This document shows, piece after piece, positions 7,216 through 16,975 of a stretch of 64,000 bases of DNA (within the stretch, counting starts at the first letter, position 1; each line of letters opens with the position of its first letter). The stretch is from IMG/VR virus record IMGVR_UViG_3300043080_000590, positions 194,386-258,385 of that record; one strand, 5' to 3'. Below the pieces are notes generated by a model. The model made no database searches. It was given only the letters and a program-made list of their open reading frames with translations, and had not been told where the DNA came from. The DNA is from a virus (Duplodnaviria > Heunggongvirae > Uroviricota > Caudoviricetes). A program made the translations under genes and the position numbers.

Positions 7216-9987
7216 ATGGCAATTGTTATAAAAGATAATTTTAATTTAGGTGCTGCAAAACCTATTGATAGTAGATTAAGCATTGGTAAATTCTCAGAAT
7301 TGCTTGCAAAGAACTATTCTGTATATGATTCTTATGCAGGTATGCTTGTATATGTTGAAGAAGATGAAACTATTGGCAGTGGTGAGAGTGCTACTACATA
7401 TAAAAAAGGTTACTATAAATTAAATAGTTATGTTGAAGAAAACGCAGATACAGCTGCTTCTTGGCAATATTTACCAGCTCTTTCAGGTAGTACGACTATC
7501 GAGGGTACTATTGAAAATGCACAAAAAGCAGAAAAAGATGGATTAGGTAATGTTATTTCTGAAAGTTATGTAAGTGGTGCTAAAGTTAATGGGTCTAACA
7601 TAGAACTTAATGCTAAAAGTGGTACTACACTTGCAACAATAAAGCCTGCTGATGTAATTGAATTTAGTAGTGATGATAGTAACAATATTGTTATTGGTCA
7701 TAAAGAATCTGCTGTAAAAGGCGAGGATATTACAAAAGACGAAGTGTTAGCAACAGTTAAGACAGATGCATATGGTCACATTGTTTCTGCTACACAACTT
7801 ACAGCAACCGAATTAGCTGATTATAAAGTTGGAGATGAAAAATCTCTTTCTGAACAAATTACAGGGGCTATTAGTACAGGCGAAGACCTTGAAATAAATG
7901 AAGATGAAGATGGAAAATTAGTTATTAGTCACGTAGGAAAAGAAAATCTTCTTAATAGTGATATTCTTTTTTCAGGAAGTGATAGCGAGAATTTAGGATA
8001 TTTAAGTACTTTTATTGTTGATGGGAACGGACATATTGAAGATGTAGAGATACTTACGGCAGCAGATTTGATGAATTATAATGGCAATGGATATAGTGAA
8101 AATACTCTTTATGATGAAATCAAACTTAAACTTGCTGAAAATTTTACTTCTGACTTATATGTATATGGTAATCTTTCAAGCGATAATGTTACAACAGTTA
8201 GTATAGATTCAGGTTATAGCTGCACTTATATAACTGTTGAACATAACACATACGTTAATGAAATAGATATTAATGATAGTATTGGTGAGTATGCTTATCA
8301 AACTAATAGTGGCTATACTTTTGGTAGAGGCTATTTAACTTTAAGTGCGATTGATTATGATGAAACAGGTCATATTTCTGCTGCTAAAACATTAACAAGT
8401 ACAGATTTGCTTAATTATACAAGTGGGGCAGATGATGAAAGCACATTAAAAGAACTTATTGTTGATGTAGTTAATACTGATTTGGAAAAATTAAAAGAGG
8501 GTCAAGAAATAACTGTTGATAATGAAAATAAATTCTGGATTACAGGTATAACTACTTCTACTGATGAAACAGAAGAAGATGCAAGTATATCTGCAAGTCA
8601 AGTTATAAACACTTCTGCTTATATTGATGTTGATAATGGAAGCACAACTTTACATATTGATGCGATTAGCCCCGTTGATACTAATACAGAAGAAAGTACA
8701 GAAGAAGATACAGGTGAAGAATCTGAAACATCTGTTAAATATGTTAAGGGTACAATTGAGAGTGCTACGAAGTTAAGTAAAAAAATAAATATTGAACCTT
8801 TGAATAAGGGAGATAGTGATAAACAAGGTATTACTTTTGAACCAATAGAAACAGATTTTTCAAAGGACATTTATTTTAATTTTGCATCAATTGATTTTGA
8901 TGGACTTTTAATTCAAGGTATAATTCCTATTGAAAATCTTCCACAAGCAGCATTAGAAAGATGTGTTGTTGTTGGTACAGTAGAAGAAATGTTAAGTCTT
9001 GATTCAGATGATATCCAAACAGGTGACACTGTTAAAGTATCAGGTGGATATGTTGCATCTACTGAGGGCGAATATGTATTAGATGGCGATGATTATAGAG
9101 AATATAATGAAGATACAGATACAGATTTACCTCATTACACTTATGAACAACCTGCTATGTATTTTGTAAAAGATACAGAAAAGTTAGGTACTCTTGATGC
9201 TTTTGAAGTTTATTATGCAGGTAATTCTGCAACAGCTGATGTAGCCAATAGAATTAAAAATGGTTTAACTATTAAAGTAGATGGTACTTCTAATTATTAT
9301 GATGGTAGTTCTGCAAAGACTATTGAAATAAAATCTACTGAAGTTAGTGTAACTCCTGTTAAAGAATCAGGATTAGATACAGAAGCAATAGCAACAATCA
9401 GTATTAATGGTGAAGAAACTAAAATTTATGCTGATAAAAACATTACATATGATTTAGATGTTTTGCCGATTAGTAATACCGATATACCAGAACTTCTTAA
9501 AGAAGCTAATGGAGTCGCAAATAACAATATTTTAAGTTTTAGATTGCTTGAAACTCATACTAATGCTTTAATGGGCAATGATATGCCAATTTTTAAAAGT
9601 TTTGTTCCTGTATTAGAGGGAGATAACGTGACACTTGAAGCCAAGAGTCTTACAGTGTCAGGAAAATCAAGTTTTGGTATAAAGATTTCATCAACTGATG
9701 AAAAAGTAATTGCTGAAGAATTAACAGCAACAGAAGATACAAGTTCTGATAATACAACAAACCTTACCGCTTATCTTCTTGCTACAACAAATACTGATAA
9801 AAAAGCACATACAGTAAATTATGTTAAGAATATTACTGCTGACCTTAATGGTGTTTTAACAGCTAATGAATTTAAGGGTAATATAAATGTTAATTATCTT
9901 ACTCAGGCAGAAGTTACAGAAGATACAGACTATGCTACTTATGAAGATATGTTAGTCTTTGATTGTGGTTCAGCATCAGGTTTCTAA
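7216..9987 (+). CDS. Large fibre/decoration structural protein
   Basis: N-terminal NF..GAAKPIDSR...YAGMLVYV motif seen in phage fibres; three internal D..GHI..A..LT..DL..Y repeats; acidic. Confidence 0.6.
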   Translation: MAIVIKDNFNLGAAKPIDSRLSIGKFSELLAKNYSVYDSYAGMLVYVEEDETIGSGESATTYKKGYYKLNSYVEENADTAASWQYLPALSGSTTIEGTIENAQKAEKDGLGNVISESYVSGAKVNGSNIELNAKSGTTLATIKPADVIEFSSDDSNNIVIGHKESAVKGEDITKDEVLATVKTDAYGHIVSATQLTATELADYKVGDEKSLSEQITGAISTGEDLEINEDEDGKLVISHVGKENLLNSDILFSGSDSENLGYLSTFIVDGNGHIEDVEILTAADLMNYNGNGYSENTLYDEIKLKLAENFTSDLYVYGNLSSDNVTTVSIDSGYSCTYITVEHNTYVNEIDINDSIGEYAYQTNSGYTFGRGYLTLSAIDYDETGHISAAKTLTSTDLLNYTSGADDESTLKELIVDVVNTDLEKLKEGQEITVDNENKFWITGITTSTDETEEDASISASQVINTSAYIDVDNGSTTLHIDAISPVDTNTEESTEEDTGEESETSVKYVKGTIESATKLSKKINIEPLNKGDSDKQGITFEPIETDFSKDIYFNFASIDFDGLLIQGIIPIENLPQAALERCVVVGTVEEMLSLDSDDIQTGDTVKVSGGYVASTEGEYVLDGDDYREYNEDTDTDLPHYTYEQPAMYFVKDTEKLGTLDAFEVYYAGNSATADVANRIKNGLTIKVDGTSNYYDGSSAKTIEIKSTEVSVTPVKESGLDTEAIATISINGEETKIYADKNITYDLDVLPISNTDIPELLKEANGVANNNILSFRLLETHTNALMGNDMPIFKSFVPVLEGDNVTLEAKSLTVSGKSSFGIKISSTDEKVIAEELTATEDTSSDNTTNLTAYLLATTNTDKKAHTVNYVKNITADLNGVLTANEFKGNINVNYLTQAEVTEDTDYATYEDMLVFDCGSASGF

Positions 9988-9999
9988 GAGTTTATTTTT

Positions 10000-10029
10000 A
10001 AAGGGATAAATTAATTTTTATCCCTTTTT
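10000..10029 (+). terminator. Rho-independent terminator
   Basis: AAAGGGATAAA / TTTATCCCTTT plus Ts. Confidence 0.7.
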
Positions 10030-10049
10030 GAAAAATGGAAGGTGATATT

Positions 10050-10388
10050 ATGACTGATTTAATGCAAATTAGAAGTGAACAAATAAAAGATATTAAGGTT
10101 GAACAAATTGTTTTTAATAATACACCTTTTACAAATTATATAAATAAGTACATTAGTATTTTTATTCCCAACTGCTGTTGGTTATCTAATACTTTCACCT
10201 ATATTAACGAAAATATTACCTCAGATAATGGTCAATTGTTTTGTACTGCAACTGACCAATCTGAAATAGAAAGTCTGCTTAATTCAATTATTACTGTAAG
10301 TACGGTAAATACAGAAGACCATTATATTGTTTTCTCTTGTAAAACACAACCAGCTAAAGATTTACATTTATTATTAATATTAAATTAA
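10050..10388 (+). CDS. Hypothetical (possible structural) protein
   Basis: ATG 10050 after SD AAGGTGA. Confidence 0.5.
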   Translation: MTDLMQIRSEQIKDIKVEQIVFNNTPFTNYINKYISIFIPNCCWLSNTFTYINENITSDNGQLFCTATDQSEIESLLNSIITVSTVNTEDHYIVFSCKTQPAKDLHLLLILN

Positions 10389-10404
10389 GAAAAGGAAGTT
10401 TTAT

Positions 10405-10926
10405 ATGAATATAAAAATTATAAATGATAAAATTGAAAATTGTTTATCTAATGAAGATTGCCTTTATATTGCATTAGACTATACACATCCAATTGTAAAA
10501 GACGGTAAGATTGCTTATCCTGTCTTAAATTCTTGGGTTGAAAAAACCTCTATTGATACTATGTTGGAATTAAAAAATAAATTGCCTGATTTTCCTAAAG
10601 AATTTGATGAATTTTCTTTTGTTAATATTGTTTATTATAAAAAGACTAATGAATTAAAACTTCTTTTATTACAAGAGCCTATTCGTCTTATTAAGGATAA
10701 ATTGTCTTTTAATTTTAAATCTAATTTACCTATCTATACTCTTAAAGATTTAAATTGGAATAAAGAACTTATTTCTCTTTCCTTTAAATCAGATTTAGAA
10801 AAAGATGATGTTGATATTGTTTATTCTAATTATGGTATAAATGATAATAATGGAAATTTATATTTTAAAAAATCAGATAGTATAAATGTTTTCTATGAAT
10901 ATGTTTTTATAAATAAAATTTTTTAA
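10405..10926 (+). CDS. Hypothetical protein
   Basis: ORF with SD AAAGGA. Confidence 0.5.
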   Translation: MNIKIINDKIENCLSNEDCLYIALDYTHPIVKDGKIAYPVLNSWVEKTSIDTMLELKNKLPDFPKEFDEFSFVNIVYYKKTNELKLLLLQEPIRLIKDKLSFNFKSNLPIYTLKDLNWNKELISLSFKSDLEKDDVDIVYSNYGINDNNGNLYFKKSDSINVFYEYVFINKIF

Positions 10927-10953
10927 AATTTTGTCACAAAGAGGTGATGGGTT

Positions 10954-12429
10954 GTGATTATAACTAATTTCCCCAAACAATTAATATTAGATAATAATAA
11001 AAAATCTAAACACATCCTTCCAAATGAACAAAATGCTTATGTAATAAAATTAAGCGATAAAAATTTTACTGTTGATGATAATGGAACAATATCTGCTAAT
11101 ATTAAAATCGTTAGTGAAGTACCTGAAAATCCTGAAAAAGATTATATTTATTTCGTTTCTGATAACGTCACTGATGATACAGCAACTATTATCCATACAA
11201 TTACAGAAGAAGATAAAAATAATATTAAAAAATTAACTTCAACTGGTCAAGGTGATAAGTTTTTAAGTGATGATGGTAGTTATAAATCTGTAAATCATTT
11301 TATTCAAATGTATTACAATTATAAAAATATAAATACCAATACTACTTTGACCGATACAAATGATTTAATAACCAATTTCAAGGCTATGGTTTATCCATCT
11401 ATTTTATACTTAGAAGTTGATAATGATGAAACATTTCCTTGCAATGGTAGTTTAATGTTATATAAAATAGGGGAAAAATCTGCTACTCTGACTTTTAATG
11501 GTATTGATAATATTGTTTATACAGCTAATATTATAGATAATACTCTTTCAGATTGGCATAGTACAGAATTAATTGGTGCTGCAAAAAAACTTGCACAATC
11601 AGTTAAAATAAATAAAGCTGATTTTGATGGTACAAAAGATATAATTGCTTCTGATATGAAACTTTCAAAAGGTGATGATAGAACTTATAATTTTTCTAAA
11701 TTAACTATGCTTAATAATGCGACTTATTTAAGATTTGCAAGAGTAAAAGCCAATTTAACAAGTAGTGCTAATTTTTTAATTAATTATACTTCTGATAAAT
11801 CTTCTTTTAACTTACATTATAGCATTGGTTATAATAGTTCTTTTAAATATCATCAAACTTTGTATCATTGCATAAACAATATAAATAATTATATTAGATT
11901 TATAAAACAAGACGAGTATATCTATGCAGATATAGCTCTCGGTGAAAATATAGATTATGCTACTTTACAAGTTAATTTAATATCTAATGATTGGGAATTA
12001 TTAGATAGTACTGTTGTAAATCCTAATACTCTTAATTCTCAATTTAGTGTAAGATATAAATTAAAAGATACAGAAGATGATGCGGAAGATGAAAATTCTA
12101 CAACTACATTTAGTAGAGTATTAGATATAACAACAGATTGGAATGACTTAGGACTTACTTCTGAGGATAACCTTAAAACAGGTTCTTATATGTTACAACT
12201 AACTTTAAATGGTTATATCTATACAGGAGTTTTATCTTGGTATAAAGAGAATATAACTAATGCCACAGGAGTGGGGCAGGAAGTGCTTTTACACCACTCT
12301 GGTGACGGTTTAGATAGCATTAGTATATTTTTACGTACAATACAGAAAAGTGCCTTAGAATTGCAAATAACGGCAAATAAGAGCATTTTAAAAGCAAACT
12401 GTAATTTCGTATTAAAGAAGTTTTTATAA
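10954..12429 (+). CDS. Putative tail fibre protein
   Basis: Fibre-type motifs TGQGDKFLSDDGSYK and AKKLAQSVKIN..FDGTKDI; GTG start after GAGGTG. Confidence 0.55.
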   Translation: MIITNFPKQLILDNNKKSKHILPNEQNAYVIKLSDKNFTVDDNGTISANIKIVSEVPENPEKDYIYFVSDNVTDDTATIIHTITEEDKNNIKKLTSTGQGDKFLSDDGSYKSVNHFIQMYYNYKNINTNTTLTDTNDLITNFKAMVYPSILYLEVDNDETFPCNGSLMLYKIGEKSATLTFNGIDNIVYTANIIDNTLSDWHSTELIGAAKKLAQSVKINKADFDGTKDIIASDMKLSKGDDRTYNFSKLTMLNNATYLRFARVKANLTSSANFLINYTSDKSSFNLHYSIGYNSSFKYHQTLYHCINNINNYIRFIKQDEYIYADIALGENIDYATLQVNLISNDWELLDSTVVNPNTLNSQFSVRYKLKDTEDDAEDENSTTTFSRVLDITTDWNDLGLTSEDNLKTGSYMLQLTLNGYIYTGVLSWYKENITNATGVGQEVLLHHSGDGLDSISIFLRTIQKSALELQITANKSILKANCNFVLKKFL

Positions 12430-12451
12430 ATATTAAAATCAAAAGATAATC

Positions 12452-12506
12452 AACAGCCAACAAAATTATTTACCATAAATTATTATGTGTTGGCTGTTTA
12501 TTTTTT
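12452..12506 (+). terminator. Large-loop hairpin / terminator
   Basis: AACAGCCAACA / TGTTGGCTGTT 11-bp inverted repeat followed by T-rich tract. Confidence 0.55.
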
Positions 12507-12550
12507 AAGTGATGAATATATAGAAAAAATATATGAGTAGGTGAGAAGCT

Positions 12551-13165
12551 GTGATAGTAAAAAATGTATCTAATGAAATAATAACAATTAAAAATCATTG
12601 TCTTCGACCTAATGAAACTGTTGAAGTTACAGGAGTAGATTTAAGGCACTATAAGGGTAAGATTAAAATGGTTGCCAAAATGGAAAAATACGAAGATAAA
12701 ACTACTCCTGTTAAAACTACTAAAAGTAGTAGTGCTAAAAGTAATAGTATTAAGAAGGAAGATGAAGCAAAGAAAACTAATAGAAAAACTAATGATAAAG
12801 TTAAAAGTTCTGATGATAATTCTAAAAAATTATCTAATAATTCATCAGAAAATTCATCAGAAAATCTAAAAGATTATATCAAAAAAGATGAAGTCGTTAA
12901 AATGATAAATGATTTAAAAAAAGATTTTGAAAAAACTAAAGAAGCTCCTGCTAAAGTAGTTAAAGAACAACCTAAAGAAATAGTTAAGGAAGTAATTAAA
13001 GAAACTACAATAGATTTTTCTAATGCTGAAAAATTAAAAGAATATTATTTGAATTATTGTAAGGATAATAATATAAATAGTTTAATTATAAATAGTTTAA
13101 ATAATGCAAAAACAAAAGAACAAATATTATATGTAGTCATTAATTATATTTTACCTTTGTTTTAA
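12551..13165 (+). CDS. Hypothetical K/S/E-rich protein
   Basis: GTG start after AGGTGA; low-complexity centre. Confidence 0.5.
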   Translation: MIVKNVSNEIITIKNHCLRPNETVEVTGVDLRHYKGKIKMVAKMEKYEDKTTPVKTTKSSSAKSNSIKKEDEAKKTNRKTNDKVKSSDDNSKKLSNNSSENSSENLKDYIKKDEVVKMINDLKKDFEKTKEAPAKVVKEQPKEIVKEVIKETTIDFSNAEKLKEYYLNYCKDNNINSLIINSLNNAKTKEQILYVVINYILPLF

Positions 13166-13177
13166 GGAGGTGTTTTT

Positions 13178-13714
13178 ATGGCTTTTATTTTGGAAGCTGT
13201 TGATGATTATTCTGAACATATATACACTGATAGAGAAAGAGAATTAATACATATTTTAAGAACAATGTTAAAAGATTATCCTGATGATAATATGCTAACA
13301 TTAAATCATTTAGTAGAACAAGATAGAGGAGAAAGATGGTCAGACCAACAATTATTGGTTTATATTCAACAAGGGGTTGCTGATGTAAACTCAGAACCCC
13401 CATTAACAAGTTATACTGTTGAAAACTTTCCAACTAATTGGCAATCTTGTATGATGACTGGTGCTTTGATATTTGCTTTGCTTGCCGAAACAATTAAACA
13501 GTCAGGTGAATCTTTTAGTTATAGTGATAATGGTTTATCATTATCTATTGATGTTGCTGCAAAATATCAGGGTGTGCTTTCTACAATGTTGTCTGCGTAT
13601 TCTTCATCCAAACAAAATCTTAAACGCTCTTGTAGACCGAAATCAAGTTCTATAAAATCAGGACCGAGCCTGAGACTCAGAACATATTGTCCAAGGCAAT
13701 GGGTTTATAGATAA
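13178..13714 (+). CDS. Putative head-tail adaptor / neck protein
   Basis: LR..LKD...RWSD.QL...DVNSEPP.T...FSYSDNGLSLSID pattern of large-myovirus adaptors; structural context. Confidence 0.5.
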   Translation: MAFILEAVDDYSEHIYTDRERELIHILRTMLKDYPDDNMLTLNHLVEQDRGERWSDQQLLVYIQQGVADVNSEPPLTSYTVENFPTNWQSCMMTGALIFALLAETIKQSGESFSYSDNGLSLSIDVAAKYQGVLSTMLSAYSSSKQNLKRSCRPKSSSIKSGPSLRLRTYCPRQWVYR

Positions 13715-13732
13715 AGAATTTTATATATTTTG

Positions 13733-13769
13733 CACAAAAGATGTCACATACGGCATCTTTTGTGTTTTT
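13733..13769. terminator. Hairpin terminator between convergent genes (possibly bidirectional)
   Basis: CACAAAAGATG / CATCTTTTGTG inverted repeat. Confidence 0.7.
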
Positions 13770-13793
13770 ATCTTTTATTTAATTTTTGATAAA

Positions 13794-15830
13794 TTATTCT
13801 TCCCAATTTGCAATTATTTTTCTATATTTCTTTTTGATTCTATAATAACGGGGCTTATCAATTAACATTATCTTTTTATCAGGATATTCTTCTTTGAATC
13901 CTTCAAATTTATTTTTACCATCCTCAAACCAAAATCCTTTAACTTCAATGTATAAATCATACTTTGGCAAGTAAAAATCGGGAATATAAAATTTATCAAT
14001 ACTATCTATATGAAAGTAAGTTGGTTCATATTGGTATTCAATATTTTTACTTACTAATATTCTTGCTATGTTTGCTTCCCAAGTAGACCTGAAATACTGA
14101 TTATTTAAATCGGCTCTTTTTCCACCTTTTGCTTTAAATGGAGAATATTCACTTGAATGCATCATATCATTTTGAGTATTCATTTGTTTTGTTATTATTT
14201 GATATTTACCTGCACAACTAGTTGAACAAAATCTTACAGTATCATAACAAGTGGTAAATTCTTTACCACAAAATTCACAATTTATTGTTCTTGCTTTTAA
14301 TTTACGCTCATAATCTCTTTTACATTTAATTGAACAATACATTGTTTTTGAATCAATTGAAATAAATTCTGTACCACAATTTTTACAAGAAAATTTAAAT
14401 CCCTTTGGAAATTCAATATCTTTAGTTATTGATAACCATGTTTTTTTATTCCTTACGTTTCTTACAACGTGTTCAGGAATATCTGTTTCTTTTATTATTT
14501 CTTGTGTAGGCTTTTGTTTTAATAACATTTCGATAACTTTATTAATTTGTTCTTCTGTATATTTTTGTTTAATTATTTTTTTTGTTTGTTCTTCTTTTTG
14601 TTTTTTATCTATTTTTTTATTTGTTGATTGTCCTCTATATATTTGTGTTCTTTCGATATTATTTTCTTCTTTTATTTGAGTTATTCTCTTTGTAGATAAT
14701 TTGTATTTTTGAGCAATTTCTTTTATTGTTAATTCATTTGCTATTAAATCGTTTTTTATATTTTCTAACATTTCATCGTTTATTTCTTTATTTTTAAGAA
14801 CAGGAAAAACAATATCTTTCGTAAGTTCTTCGTAAATCTTTCTATTTTTTATATGATATAAATCTTTAAGAGTTACAGTTGTTGCTTCGGAAGTTTCTTT
14901 CATTCCTTTGCCGTTTTTTAACATATCAATCGCAGTTAATATTTGTTCTTTTGTATATTTAGTGTCAAACTTTTCAGCTATTCTCTTTTTTGCAGATTGT
15001 GAAGAAATAACAGATAATTTCTCTTTAGTTTCATCAGAAGCAACATATTTATGATGTCTTTCTATGTTATTTTCTCTTCTTAATGTTTTTACTAAAGTTT
15101 TACCAACACCAAATTTATTAGCAATTTGTTGTATTGTTAAATCATCATTCTTTAATTCTTCTATTATTTGATTCTTTATTTCTTGTGCAACTTTACTGTT
15201 TTTTGGTTTGTAAGTTCTAATAATATTATTATCAGTTTTTACTTTATTTACAAAACTTTCACTAACTTCAAATTTATTTGCAATTTCTATAATACTAAGT
15301 TTATCGTTTTTTAATTCTTCAATAATAAGAGCTATATTTTCTTCTGAGTATTTTTTATTACCTCTATGACAATTATGTGGCTTTTTAACATTATTTCTTT
15401 TTATAAAAAGTTTAACAGCGTTTAAAGTTATATTATATTTATCTGCAAGTTCTTGATTAGTTAATTTGCCTTCTTGTATATCTTTAATGATTAAATCATC
15501 ATTATTTCCAAAATGAACTCTACTTCTTTGTATGTTGTTTCCTTTTATTAGTTCTGAAATATACTTGCGAGGTACATTAAACTTGTCTGCAATTTCTGTG
15601 TTAGTTAAATTGTCTTGTTTTAATTCTTCAATAATTTGATTGTTAAGTTCAATTGGATATTGTTTTTTGCTCTTATGTCTTTTTGTAATATTGTTTTCTT
15701 TTCTTAATTCTTTAACTAAATTAATACTAACATCAAATTTTTTAGAAATATCAAACATACTCATTTTTGCTTCTTTTAAATCATCAATAATAGCATTTTT
15801 AAATTCTTCTGAATATTTTTCTTCTGATAT
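13794..15830 (-). CDS. Putative homing endonuclease: tandem HTH repeats, 2 Zn ribbons, PD-(D/E)xK nuclease
   Basis: FRSTWEANIAR...YIPDFYLP...IEVKG nuclease; CxxC/YCS motifs; about 8 HTH units; frame open upstream of ATG 15764 to an SD-preceded ATA at 15830. Confidence 0.7.
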   Translation of the reverse strand: MSEEKYSEEFKNAIIDDLKEAKMSMFDISKKFDVSINLVKELRKENNITKRHKSKKQYPIELNNQIIEELKQDNLTNTEIADKFNVPRKYISELIKGNNIQRSRVHFGNNDDLIIKDIQEGKLTNQELADKYNITLNAVKLFIKRNNVKKPHNCHRGNKKYSEENIALIIEELKNDKLSIIEIANKFEVSESFVNKVKTDNNIIRTYKPKNSKVAQEIKNQIIEELKNDDLTIQQIANKFGVGKTLVKTLRRENNIERHHKYVASDETKEKLSVISSQSAKKRIAEKFDTKYTKEQILTAIDMLKNGKGMKETSEATTVTLKDLYHIKNRKIYEELTKDIVFPVLKNKEINDEMLENIKNDLIANELTIKEIAQKYKLSTKRITQIKEENNIERTQIYRGQSTNKKIDKKQKEEQTKKIIKQKYTEEQINKVIEMLLKQKPTQEIIKETDIPEHVVRNVRNKKTWLSITKDIEFPKGFKFSCKNCGTEFISIDSKTMYCSIKCKRDYERKLKARTINCEFCGKEFTTCYDTVRFCSTSCAGKYQIITKQMNTQNDMMHSSEYSPFKAKGGKRADLNNQYFRSTWEANIARILVSKNIEYQYEPTYFHIDSIDKFYIPDFYLPKYDLYIEVKGFWFEDGKNKFEGFKEEYPDKKIMLIDKPRYYRIKKKYRKIIANWEE

Positions 15831-15895
15831 TTTTATTTTCCTTTCACTACTTATTTTTGAATTCTATATAAATTTATGTAAAAATTTTTAACGCA

Positions 15896-16831
15896 TTATT
15901 TACCTTCCCAATAAGGAATTATGTTTTTGTATTTTTTTCTAATTTTATAATAACGAGGTGTATCAATCAACATTATTTTTTCATTAGGGGTTTCTTTCTT
16001 AAATGTATTGAATTTAATTTCACCCTCTTCCCACCAATAACCTTTTACTTCGATATATAATTTATATTTAGGTAAATAAAAATCAGGAATATAGAATTTA
16101 CCAATTGTTTTTAATTCAATTTTATGTTTTTCATATTCATATTTAATATTTTTACTTTTTAATATTCTTGCAATATTAGCTTCCCAATTAGAGCGGAAAT
16201 ATTGATTATTTAAATCTATTCTTTTACCTTTTTTACTTTTCTTATATGTACCATTTTTTGTTTGTGAAATATCATTATTTAAAATCCAATAATTAGTACC
16301 ACATTGTTTAGAACAAAATCTTGCATTTTTACAATGAGTAATAAATAATTTATTACAATACTCACATTTAACATTATATGTATGTAATTTATAATTGTAT
16401 TGATTATTACAATTATGAGAACAATACTTTGCATTTGGATTTGTAGTAGTAAAACTATTTCCACAATTTATACAAATAAAATCATATGTTTTATTAAAAT
16501 CTATATCTTTTGTAAGCTCAGTCCAAATAGTTTTATTTCTTATTTTATTTATTGTATTTACAGAAACATTTGTTTTTTCGCTAATATCTTTTACTTTTTC
16601 TTGTTTTACTAATAAATCAATAATTTCAAGTATTTGTTCTTTAGTATATTTAGAATTGTTTACATATCCTGATTTTGATTTAGAATTTTTTCTAATTATA
16701 TTATTTTCTTTTTTTAATTTTTTTACTAATGTTATCCCTACGTTAAACTTATCTGCTATTTGTTGTAATGTTAATTCATCTTGTTTTAATTCAATAATAA
16801 TTTGTTCTTTAAATTCTTTTGAATAAACCAT
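15896..16831 (-). CDS. Putative homing endonuclease, short paralog of 13794-15830
   Basis: Same FRSNWEANIAR/YIPDFYLP/IEVKG nuclease; 2 HTH units and 2 Zn ribbons. Confidence 0.7.
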   Translation of the reverse strand: MVYSKEFKEQIIIELKQDELTLQQIADKFNVGITLVKKLKKENNIIRKNSKSKSGYVNNSKYTKEQILEIIDLLVKQEKVKDISEKTNVSVNTINKIRNKTIWTELTKDIDFNKTYDFICINCGNSFTTTNPNAKYCSHNCNNQYNYKLHTYNVKCEYCNKLFITHCKNARFCSKQCGTNYWILNNDISQTKNGTYKKSKKGKRIDLNNQYFRSNWEANIARILKSKNIKYEYEKHKIELKTIGKFYIPDFYLPKYKLYIEVKGYWWEEGEIKFNTFKKETPNEKIMLIDTPRYYKIRKKYKNIIPYWEGK

Positions 16832-16903
16832 TTAAAAATCACCTCAAATGTTTATATAAAGAATTATAATTTTTGTAAACCATAATTTTATAAAATTATT
16901 ATA

Positions 16904-16932
16904 TTGACAAATAATAAAAAATATTGTATAAT
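16904..16932 (+). promoter_or_regulatory. SigmaA/sigma70 consensus promoter
   Basis: TTGACA (16904)-17 bp-TATAAT (16927). Confidence 0.8.
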
Positions 16933-16975
16933 GGAATAAAGTAACATCAAATTCAAAAGAGAGGGAAGTGCTAAT

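Noticed and set aside
2..12429. Collagen-like substrates or a lysyl hydroxylase to accompany the PLOD-like GTs
   Set aside because: No Gly-X-Y repeats or 2OG-Fe(II) domain visible in this window, so the acceptor is unresolved
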